Shown here piece by piece: positions 11,020 to 18,683 of a stretch of DNA of 64,000 nt. Origin of the DNA: an uncultured Candidatus Binatia bacterium (GTDB taxonomy: Bacteria > Desulfobacterota > Binatia > DP-6). The stretch spans positions 116,940-180,939 of the forward strand of contig CAYOIZ010000003.1 of the NCBI GenBank assembly GCA_964404165.1, read 5' to 3'. The position numbers and the translations under genes are program-made. Each line of letters opens with the position of its first letter. Within the stretch, counting starts at the first letter, position 1. Under the pieces are notes generated by a model, which was not told where the DNA came from, did not search any database, and saw only the letters and a list, made by a program, of their open reading frames with translations.

Positions 11020-12594
11020 ATGGAACCGATCCGCCGGCGTCGCCGCTGGCCGTGGATCGTGGCCGCGACCCTGGGTGTCCTCGTGGTGGCGCTCGCGATC
11101 GCGGTCGCGTTCATCGACGAGCCGCTGCGACGGAACCTCGAAGCCCGCGTGAACGCCGAGCTCGAGGGCTACACCGTCACCATCGGCGAGCTCGACCTGC
11201 AGCCCATCGGACTCGCGCTCGTGCTGAAGAACGTCACGATGGTCCAGGACGCGCAGCCGAGGCCGCCGATGGCGTTCCTGCCGCGGTGGCGCACCAGCGT
11301 GCAGTGGAAGGCGCTGCTCTCCGGCGCGCTCGTCGCCGACGTCGAGTTCGATCGACCCGAGCTGTACCTGACGCTGACGCAGAGCGAAGCCGAGGCCGCC
11401 GACAAGACACCGGTCGACGAGCACGGCTGGCAGGAAGCCGTCGAGGCCGTCTATCCGCTGAAGATCAACGAGGTCACGATCACGGACGGATCGATCACCT
11501 ACTTCGACGCCGCGAAGTTGCCGCCGATCCGCCTCACCGACCTCGACGTCCGCGCCAACGACATCCGCAACGTGCGCTCCACGCCGGGCAAGTTCCCGTC
11601 GCCCTTCTCGGTGCGCTGCACGCTGCAGGACACGGGCAAGCTCGCGGTCGACGGCCGCGCCGACTTCCTCGCCGAGCCCACCGTCGCGATGCGCGCGCAG
11701 TACGGCCTGCGCGAGCTCGGGCTCGGCTTCGCCCAGCCGCTGGTGCGCCACTACAACATCGACATGAAGGGCGGCGTCCTCGCCAGCGAGGGACGCATCG
11801 AGATCGCGGACGGGCGTACGCTCGTCGACATCGCCGACGTCGAGCTGGCACGGGCGCGCATCGACTACGTCCACACCGCCGCCACGGCGGCGAAGGAAGA
11901 CGAGCGCATCGACAAGGTCACCAAGGCGGCCACCACCGTCGAGCAGAAGCCGGCGACGCGGGTCACCATCGAGAACGCCCACATCGTCGACAGCGAGCTC
12001 GGCATGGTCGACCGTGCGGCCGAGCCGAACTACCGGGTCTACTTCACCGGCGTCCGCCTCGATCTCACCGACTTCAGCAACGAGCGGGCGGAGCGTCGCG
12101 GCACGGCCAAGCTGCGCGGCAAGTTCATGAACAGCGGCCCCACGGTGCTCGACGCGTCGTTCGCCCCCGGCTCGCGCCAGGCCGACTTCGCCCTCGACCT
12201 GCAGGTGCACGACGTCGACCTGCGCACGATGAACGACCTCCTGCGCGCCAAGGGCGGCTTCGACGTCAACCACGGGCAGTTCTCGCTCTATTCGGAGATC
12301 GACGTGGGCAAGGGCCGCGTCGACGGCTACGTGAAGCCGCTCTTCGCCGACATGGACGTCTACGATCGCCGGCAGGACGAGAAGAAGGGCGTGCTGCGTC
12401 AGATGTACGAAGGCGTCGTCGGCGGCGTCAGCACGCTGCTCGAGAATCGCCCGCGCGACGAGGTGGCGACCGTGGCCGACGTGTCCGGCCCCATCGAGAA
12501 CCCGAACTCGAGCACGCTCGAGATCGTGCTCGGCCTGATCAAGAACGCCTTCTTCAAGGCCATCCTGCCCGGCCTCGAGCAGAAGCGCAGCTGA
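11020..12594 (+). CDS. DUF748 domain-containing protein (AsmA-like)
   Basis: N-terminal TM anchor followed by a long beta-rich region typical of DUF748/AsmA-like proteins. Confidence 0.65.
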   Translation: MEPIRRRRRWPWIVAATLGVLVVALAIAVAFIDEPLRRNLEARVNAELEGYTVTIGELDLQPIGLALVLKNVTMVQDAQPRPPMAFLPRWRTSVQWKALLSGALVADVEFDRPELYLTLTQSEAEAADKTPVDEHGWQEAVEAVYPLKINEVTITDGSITYFDAAKLPPIRLTDLDVRANDIRNVRSTPGKFPSPFSVRCTLQDTGKLAVDGRADFLAEPTVAMRAQYGLRELGLGFAQPLVRHYNIDMKGGVLASEGRIEIADGRTLVDIADVELARARIDYVHTAATAAKEDERIDKVTKAATTVEQKPATRVTIENAHIVDSELGMVDRAAEPNYRVYFTGVRLDLTDFSNERAERRGTAKLRGKFMNSGPTVLDASFAPGSRQADFALDLQVHDVDLRTMNDLLRAKGGFDVNHGQFSLYSEIDVGKGRVDGYVKPLFADMDVYDRRQDEKKGVLRQMYEGVVGGVSTLLENRPRDEVATVADVSGPIENPNSSTLEIVLGLIKNAFFKAILPGLEQKRS

Positions 12595-12603
12595 GGAGGA
12601 CAC

Positions 12604-13035
12604 ATGCGAACGCCATCGATCATCGTGCTCGGCCTGTCGCTCGCCGCCGCGGCGCCGGTGCTGGCGCGCGACCCGGCCAACCCGCCCGCGCTCGGCGACA
12701 CGCCCGACGGCAGCGAGCCGAGCGCGCCGACGAACGCCGACAAGGCCCTCGACCGCTACGGCAGCGAGACCCGCAGCAAGAGCGACGACATGCTCGCCAC
12801 GGCGGTGTCGAAGAGCCTCACCGACGATCCGCGCGTCAGCGCGATGCAGGTGAAGGTGTCGGCCGACCAGGGGGTCGTCACCCTCACCGGCGAGGTCCCT
12901 GGCAGCTCGGAGCGCGATGCGGCCGAGCACGCCGCCAGTCGCGTCGCCGGCGTACGCGAGGTGCGCAATCGCATCACCGTCGCCGAGCGCCTGGCGCCGG
13001 GGACGTCACCAATCCCCGACCGCCCGGCGCCCTGA
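12604..13035 (+). CDS. BON domain-containing periplasmic protein
   Basis: Signal peptide plus a BON domain (VKVSADQGVVTLTGEVPGSSERD). Confidence 0.8.
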   Translation: MRTPSIIVLGLSLAAAAPVLARDPANPPALGDTPDGSEPSAPTNADKALDRYGSETRSKSDDMLATAVSKSLTDDPRVSAMQVKVSADQGVVTLTGEVPGSSERDAAEHAASRVAGVREVRNRITVAERLAPGTSPIPDRPAP

Positions 13036-13041
13036 CGCCGC

Positions 13042-13890
13042 TCAGGCCGCGCCGCGGCGGCGCTTGGTCGTCGCGGCGCGACGTCCGTGTGCCGTCTTCG
13101 TCCGCGCCGGTCGATCGAGGCTCTGCTGCAGGACGGCCATGAGATCGACGACCTTCTTGCCGCGCGCCGCGGGCTTCTCGGCGTCCGCGGGGGCCTCGAG
13201 CTCGAAGACCCGCTTCTTGGCGAGCAGCTTCTCGAGCGCCTTGCGGTAGGTGTTCGGGTGCTCGGTCGGATCCCACTCGGCCGACATCTGCTCGATCAAC
13301 GTGCGCGCCATCGCCAGCTCGGGCGCCTTGACGCCGCTCGTCCCGGGCAGCTTCAGGTCGGACGGATCGCGCAGCTCCTCGGCGTTGCGCATGACCTCGA
13401 GCGACAGCGCCTGTTTTCCCGGCATGAGCGCGGCGAGCAGGGGCCGCGTGCGGAGGTAGAAGCGGGCGACGCCGACGCGACGGGTGTCGAGCATCGCCGC
13501 CCGCAGCAGCCCGTAGGCCTTCTCGCCGCCCTTCTGCGGCGCCAGCCAGTAGGGCTTCTCGAACAGCAGCGGGTTCAACGACGACGGCTCGACGAACTGC
13601 ACGATCTCGATCGCCCGATCGCCCTCGCCCACCTCCTCCTGCACCTCGTCGAGCTCCTCGGATTCGACGATGGCGTATCGTCCCTTCGACACCTCGTAGC
13701 CGCGGACGATCTCGTCGGCGGGGACCTCGACGTCCTCCTTGCTGCAGAACTTCTTGTAGCGGATGGGCGCCTTGTCGGGCCGGTGCAGCTGGCGGAAGGC
13801 GACGTGCTTGCCCGCGTCGAGCGCGGCGTAGATGCCGACCGGGATCGAGACCAACCCGAAGCTGATGGTTCCGGACCACATCGCTCGCAT
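13042..13890 (-). CDS. ku: Ku protein (non-homologous end joining)
   Basis: Bacterial Ku core (WSGTISFGLVSIPV, YKKFCS...) and a basic C-terminal tail. Confidence 0.9.
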   Translation of the reverse strand: MRAMWSGTISFGLVSIPVGIYAALDAGKHVAFRQLHRPDKAPIRYKKFCSKEDVEVPADEIVRGYEVSKGRYAIVESEELDEVQEEVGEGDRAIEIVQFVEPSSLNPLLFEKPYWLAPQKGGEKAYGLLRAAMLDTRRVGVARFYLRTRPLLAALMPGKQALSLEVMRNAEELRDPSDLKLPGTSGVKAPELAMARTLIEQMSAEWDPTEHPNTYRKALEKLLAKKRVFELEAPADAEKPAARGKKVVDLMAVLQQSLDRPARTKTAHGRRAATTKRRRGAA

Positions 13891-14183
13891 CAGTGCACCT
13901 CCGTGGGTGAGCCCGGCGGATGCGTCGATCCGGTCCGGGGCATGGGCGGTGTCGCACCGCCCAGCCCGTCGGGCTCGTGGCGGGTGGCGTCGTCGGGATC
14001 GGGAATGGTGGGCCGCGTGCCGACGTCCTTCTCGGGCGCCGGGCGGTCGCCGGAACCGTCGAGATCGTCGAGCGCGCGCGTCCCGCGCTCGGGCTCGGCC
14101 ACGCCCCCCGGCTGCGCGCGCACCGGCGCGCTCAGCAGCACGCTACCGAACGCCAGTGCCATCATCAGGGTTCGTCGTCGCAT
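13890..14183 (-). CDS. secreted acidic Pro/Gly-rich hypothetical protein
   Basis: Convincing signal peptide (MRRRTLMMALAFGSVLLSAPVRA). Its stop overlaps the ku start. The body is low-complexity, so it may be spurious. Confidence 0.4.
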   Translation of the reverse strand: MRRRTLMMALAFGSVLLSAPVRAQPGGVAEPERGTRALDDLDGSGDRPAPEKDVGTRPTIPDPDDATRHEPDGLGGATPPMPRTGSTHPPGSPTEVH

Positions 14184-14246
14184 CTGGAACCTCCCGGAGG
14201 CATCCAGCACGACGCGTGCCAGCCACGTCCGGGACGCGGCCGGCGA

Positions 14247-16103
14247 TCAGAGCCCCCGCACCAACGTCTTCATGTCGGCGACGATGGGCTCGGCGCTGCC
14301 GAGGAACGCGGTCCGCGTCTCCGTCGGGATGACCTTCCGTCCACTCAACGACTTCACCCGGTGGACGAAACCGCCTAGCCGGCGTGCCGCCTTCCTGAGG
14401 CTCTTCTTCGCCTTCTTCACGTCACCGCCCTCGGCCCGACCCTGCGCCTCGCGCGCCTTGGCGAGAGCCTTCGTGACCGAGCTCTCGAGGCCGCGCTCGA
14501 GGCGCCCGAGGTCCGGGGCCGCCTGCACGGCGACCACGAGCCGCTCGAGACGGCAGATGATCGACGAGAACGTCGGTGCCGGCACGCCACAATCGTCCGC
14601 GAGCGTCGTCGTCGTGGTGCTGGTGGTGAGCGTGGTCGTGGTGGTGCAGACGAAGCCGTCCGCTTCGAATGCACCGATGTCGCAACGGGCGCCGCCGGGA
14701 CGACAGAGCCCGCGCTGATCGAGGGGCTCGCAGGCCGTCCCGCCGCTGCCAGGCGCCGCCACGTCCCCCGCTTCGAGGGCGGGGCTGCCCGCGAGCAAGG
14801 CCTGGGTGAGCGTCGGGCCCCCGTTGTCGGCGAGCGCACCGAGGAGGGGGGCTTCGCCGGTGATGTCCCCGCTCGCCGACGTGATCGTACAGCCGGTCGT
14901 ATCCTGGATCAGCAGTTGCCCGCCCGACGTCAGCGTCTCCGCGTCGAGGGTGAAGCAATCGGGAGAGCCGGCGGCGCCGGTGTTGCCGGACACGATCGAG
15001 TTGCGGATCGTCATGGTGGCGACGTCGATGATCCCGATGCCGGCGCCGCGCGCGTCGGCACCCATCGTGGCCGTCACCGTGTTGCCGGTGATCGTGACGT
15101 TGTTGAGCGTCCAGGTACCGCCGCCCTCCGCCTCGATCCCCGCGCCGGCGCAGGCATCGAAGGGATTGGTCTCGATCGTCGCGGCGTGGTTGCCGCTGAT
15201 GGTGCTGTTGCGGATCGTGAACGTGGCCGCGCCACCCTCGTAGATGCCGCCGCCGCTGGCGTCGTTCACGGTGGACGTGACGGTATTGTTGCTGATCGTG
15301 CTGCGTTCGATCGTCCACGTGGCGCCGCCCTGATCCGAGAGGCCGCCGCCGAGCGCCCCGACCAGGGTGGTTGGTCCCACGGCCTGGTTGCCGCTGATCG
15401 TGCTGTCGACGATCGTGATCGTCCCCTGCCCGCTCGACGCGATCCCACCACCGTCGACGAGGCTGTTCGGGCGCTCGACCACGTTGTCGACGACCTGGAC
15501 TCGCGTCAGGGTCAGCGTGCCGTTCGCGAACAGCTCGATGGCACCACCCTCCGCCGATGAGTTCTGACTGAGGGTCGAATCCCGCAGGTCGACGACGGAA
15601 TCATTGGCGTGGAGGTAGATCGCTCCGCCCAGAAAGACGCCGGTACAGTGGTTGTTGGTGAACGTGCAGCCGGTGGCGGTGAGCGTCCCCGACCGCACCT
15701 GCACCGACGCCCCGTTCCGTCCGAGAACCGGCGTCGTGCCGTTGCGGAGCGTCAGGTCCGTCAGCGTGAGATGCCCGCCCCCGTCGACCGTGAAGTGACG
15801 GAAGTCGCCGACGGCCCCGGCCCCGCGCTCGAGGATTGCGCCGTTCCCGGCGATCGTGATCGGCGACGTGACGACGGGAAGCCCGTTGGCACCCGTGCTC
15901 GACGTGTTGTCCGCGGCGACCAGACCGTAGGTCGCGCCGGCCGCAAGGTTGATCGTGTCCGCATCGCCCGCACCGTTCGCCGTCGTGATCGCGGCGATCA
16001 GGGCCGCAACGTCGCCGGACGGGACGTCGACGACGGCGGCGCATACGGGCGTGCCGGCCAGGAGCAACAGCATGGCAACTGGGCGCATGCCTCCTCTGTG
16101 CAT
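14247..16103 (-). CDS. secreted right-handed parallel beta-helix repeat protein (choice-of-anchor Q-like)
   Basis: Signal peptide, many NxTxxGN beta-helix repeats and a CDIGAFE motif. This is followed by a poly-Thr linker and a basic helical C-terminal domain. Confidence 0.75.
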   Translation of the reverse strand: MHRGGMRPVAMLLLLAGTPVCAAVVDVPSGDVAALIAAITTANGAGDADTINLAAGATYGLVAADNTSSTGANGLPVVTSPITIAGNGAILERGAGAVGDFRHFTVDGGGHLTLTDLTLRNGTTPVLGRNGASVQVRSGTLTATGCTFTNNHCTGVFLGGAIYLHANDSVVDLRDSTLSQNSSAEGGAIELFANGTLTLTRVQVVDNVVERPNSLVDGGGIASSGQGTITIVDSTISGNQAVGPTTLVGALGGGLSDQGGATWTIERSTISNNTVTSTVNDASGGGIYEGGAATFTIRNSTISGNHAATIETNPFDACAGAGIEAEGGGTWTLNNVTITGNTVTATMGADARGAGIGIIDVATMTIRNSIVSGNTGAAGSPDCFTLDAETLTSGGQLLIQDTTGCTITSASGDITGEAPLLGALADNGGPTLTQALLAGSPALEAGDVAAPGSGGTACEPLDQRGLCRPGGARCDIGAFEADGFVCTTTTTLTTSTTTTTLADDCGVPAPTFSSIICRLERLVVAVQAAPDLGRLERGLESSVTKALAKAREAQGRAEGGDVKKAKKSLRKAARRLGGFVHRVKSLSGRKVIPTETRTAFLGSAEPIVADMKTLVRGL

Positions 16104-16210
16104 GCCCCCGGCACGCCGTCAATCGCCTATGCATGCCGACGGAACCCGCGCTTCCGGGGCTTCGCAGACCGAGGGATGCGGGATAACTCTCGCGCAGGAG
16201 GATCATCAGC

Positions 16211-16843
16211 ATGTCGGTGCCGCAGCCCTACAAAGCCGTGAAGTTTCCCCTGAGCGGACTCCGCGGCATCTCGGACAAGACGCTCGAGATGCACTTCAAG
16301 CTCTACGAGGGCTACGTCACCCAGACGAATCTCCTGAACGAGCGCATCGCCGGCATCATCGGCGACGGCAAGATCGACCAGGAAGAGACGCCCGCCTACT
16401 CCGAGCTCACCCGCCGTCTCGGCTTCGAGTACAACGGCATGGTCCTCCACGAGTACTACTTCGGGAACCTGCGCACCCAGGGCGACGCCGAGCCGCCGGC
16501 GGCTTCGACGTTCCGTGCCGCGTGCACGTCACGGTACGGGTCGTACGAAAACTGGAAGACCGACTTCGTCGGCGTCGGCAAGATGCGAGGCGTCGGATGG
16601 GCGGTGTGCTTCCTCGACCCGATCACCAAGCGCATCTCGAACCACTGGATCACGCTGCACGAGGTCGGCGGCGTGGTCGGCTTCGAGCCACTGCTCGTGA
16701 TGGACGTCTGGGAGCACGCGTTCCTGCTCGACTACCCGCCATCCGAGCGCGCAAAGTACATCGACGCCTTCTTCCAGAACGTCGACTGGGAGGTCGTCGA
16801 CCACCGCCTCGCCGGCGGTGGCACGACGTCGCGTACCGCGTGA
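16211..16843 (+). CDS. superoxide dismutase, Fe/Mn family
   Basis: Alignment to the SodB fold retains all four metal ligands (H in LEMHF, H in VLHEYYF, D and H in DVWEHAFL). GGAGG RBS. Confidence 0.8.
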   Translation: MSVPQPYKAVKFPLSGLRGISDKTLEMHFKLYEGYVTQTNLLNERIAGIIGDGKIDQEETPAYSELTRRLGFEYNGMVLHEYYFGNLRTQGDAEPPAASTFRAACTSRYGSYENWKTDFVGVGKMRGVGWAVCFLDPITKRISNHWITLHEVGGVVGFEPLLVMDVWEHAFLLDYPPSERAKYIDAFFQNVDWEVVDHRLAGGGTTSRTA

Positions 16844-16859
16844 TGTGGAGCGCGGCGGG

Positions 16860-17366
16860 TCAGCCCACGTCGCGGGCCGGCGGTGAATCCTGCTGCGCCG
16901 TGGGGTTGCCGTCGAGGGCATCGGCGGTGGCGGTGACCACACGCACCAGGCGGCGGCGTTCGGGCTCGGCCAGCGCACGATAGCGACGGATCAGCTCGCC
17001 CAGGCCCTCGTCGGCGAGGAACGTGATGTCGCGGAACCCCGTCGACTCACCCTCGAGGCCGGCGTCGAGACGCAGCAGCGCGCGCATCTCGTCGCTCAGG
17101 AGCTCGGGCGCGATCTGACGCAGCTCGCGCTGCAACGCCACGGCGACGCCGAGCACGACGAGCAGCGGCGTTGCGAGACCGCGACCCGTTTCCAGTCGAC
17201 TCACGGCGCCCTGGCTCACGCCGGCACGCTCGGCGAGCTGTTGCTGTGTCAGTCCACTCAGCTCTCGCGCACGCCGGACGTTGCGCCCGAGACCGGACAT
17301 CCACGATGCCCAGTCGATGCCGCTACTCATAACACCCATCGCCCTCCCGTCCTCTCTTCCCCCCAC
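16860..17366 (-). CDS. XRE family helix-turn-helix transcriptional regulator
   Basis: HTH_XRE motif (LTQQQLAERAGVSQGAVSRLETG). The start may instead be the internal Met at 17328. Confidence 0.7.
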   Translation of the reverse strand: MGGREDGRAMGVMSSGIDWASWMSGLGRNVRRARELSGLTQQQLAERAGVSQGAVSRLETGRGLATPLLVVLGVAVALQRELRQIAPELLSDEMRALLRLDAGLEGESTGFRDITFLADEGLGELIRRYRALAEPERRRLVRVVTATADALDGNPTAQQDSPPARDVG

Positions 17367-17513
17367 GCCGTTCTATTTCAACAGGCTGATGGCTTGCGCT
17401 CAAGCGATTTCTCAAACCAAACCCGGCTTTTTTTCGGCACCCCCATGCAGCGTTGATACCTTCATGCGAATTCGTCATGTCGCTCGCACTCCGTGGTCAA
17501 TAATGAATTGTCT
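17367..17513. other. AT-rich intergenic island (local GC far below window average) between DUF2795 and XRE regulator genes
   Basis: Contains a T7 run and an 8-bp palindrome CGAATTCG flanked by TCATG direct repeats. The region is unusually AT-rich for this genome. Confidence 0.6.
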
Positions 17514-17729
17514 TCAGCGCGACGCCGTCGAGTCGAGCGCCTCGTTCACCGCGATCGGTGAGTCGAACTCGCGCGCCGGCAGTCGCGCGATGGCCCGACA
17601 GAGGGAGGGGGCAGCGCCCGCGCGCCGCGCATGCTCGAGCAGCGTGTCGCGGTGCGCGGGATACGCGACGTCGCCGAGCAGCTGCTCGGTCTGGATGGGA
17701 TTGTCGTCGGGAAGTCCGGGGTCGGCCAT
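17514..17729 (-). CDS. DUF2795 domain-containing protein
   Basis: 71-aa product matching the DUF2795 pattern (YPAHRDTLLEHARRAGA...LPAREFDSPIAVNEAL). Confidence 0.75.
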   Translation of the reverse strand: MADPGLPDDNPIQTEQLLGDVAYPAHRDTLLEHARRAGAAPSLCRAIARLPAREFDSPIAVNEALDSTASR

Positions 17730-17950
17730 GACGGCGATGGTGCACCTCGCGTGCCGTCCGAGGGCACCGTCCCCGCTCGCCCACGCGAGCCAAGGTGCGT
17801 GACTTTGTAGACTTTACTCCGCGTCGCAGCGAAAAGGTCACGCCCGAACGGGTCTCGACGGGCATGCATCGTGCAGCCTGCCGTTGCGATGGCCGTCCCG
17901 CGACATCGCATCACCCCCGCAACGCTCCGCGGCGACGGGACGCGCGCGCC

Positions 17951-18343
17951 GTGACGTCGAGCGGTCGACCCATCTTGCTGGTCGAGGACGACACCGAGCT
18001 GCGGGACGTCCTCACCGTTCTCCTCGAGCTGAACGGCTACGACGTGGTCGGTGCCGCCGACGGCATCGAGGCGCTGGCCCTCCTCCGCAGCGGGCTGCGT
18101 CCTGGCCTCATCGTCTTCGACCTCATGATGCCGAACAAGCCGGGATGGGAATTCCGCGCCGAGCAGCTTGCCGATCCGGAGCTGGCCACCATCCCGACCG
18201 TGGCCGTCTCGGCCGCCGTGCGCGGCGACAACCTGAAACGCGCGTTGCAGGTCGAGACGTTCCTCGCCAAGCCGCTCGACGTCGACGAGCTCCTGACCCT
18301 GGCGGCCAGGCACTGTCCGCGCACGGCGAGCTCCGCGTCGTGA
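17951..18343 (+). CDS. single-domain response regulator (receiver only), paralog of 5617-5994
   Basis: Receiver motifs (ILLVEDDTELR, DLMMPNKPGWEFRAEQL, AKP). GTG start. Clearly paralogous to the receiver upstream of treZ. Confidence 0.8.
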   Translation: MTSSGRPILLVEDDTELRDVLTVLLELNGYDVVGAADGIEALALLRSGLRPGLIVFDLMMPNKPGWEFRAEQLADPELATIPTVAVSAAVRGDNLKRALQVETFLAKPLDVDELLTLAARHCPRTASSAS

Positions 18344-18362
18344 CGAACGCGCTGCGGACGGA

Positions 18363-18605
18363 TCAGCGGTTTGCGGGCACCAGACGGCGGCCGTTCACGA
18401 CCGCCTGGATGGTCGCTGCGGACGGGAGCCCGAGGAGCTTCGTCGACCACTTGGGCGCGGCCCCGTGGTCGGTGGCCGCGGCCACCGGTGGCGCCGCGTC
18501 GGCGGAGGTCGGTGGCGACGCCGAGACGGCGATCGCCGTCTCACCCCACGCAGTCGCTGCTCCGAGGAGCACGAGGAACGTCACCCAAGGTACCCGTCCT
18601 TGCAT
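18363..18605 (-). CDS. small secreted protein
   Basis: Signal peptide (MQGRVPWVTFLVLLGAATAWG) and a strong AGGAGG RBS 8 nt upstream of the ATG. Confidence 0.55.
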   Translation of the reverse strand: MQGRVPWVTFLVLLGAATAWGETAIAVSASPPTSADAAPPVAAATDHGAAPKWSTKLLGLPSAATIQAVVNGRRLVPANR

Positions 18606-18683
18606 GGTCCTGACCTCCTGGCGTTTGACCAGCCCATCGCACGTGCACGCCTTCGGCTGCAATACCCTCGGTGCAGTTTGCGG

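Noticed and set aside
16211-16843. Suspected degenerate or inactive superoxide dismutase because the HHxKHH block reads MHFKLY.
   Set aside because: Alignment against SodB shows that only the non-ligand histidines differ. All four metal ligands (His, His, Asp, His) are retained, so it is an ordinary Fe/Mn SOD.
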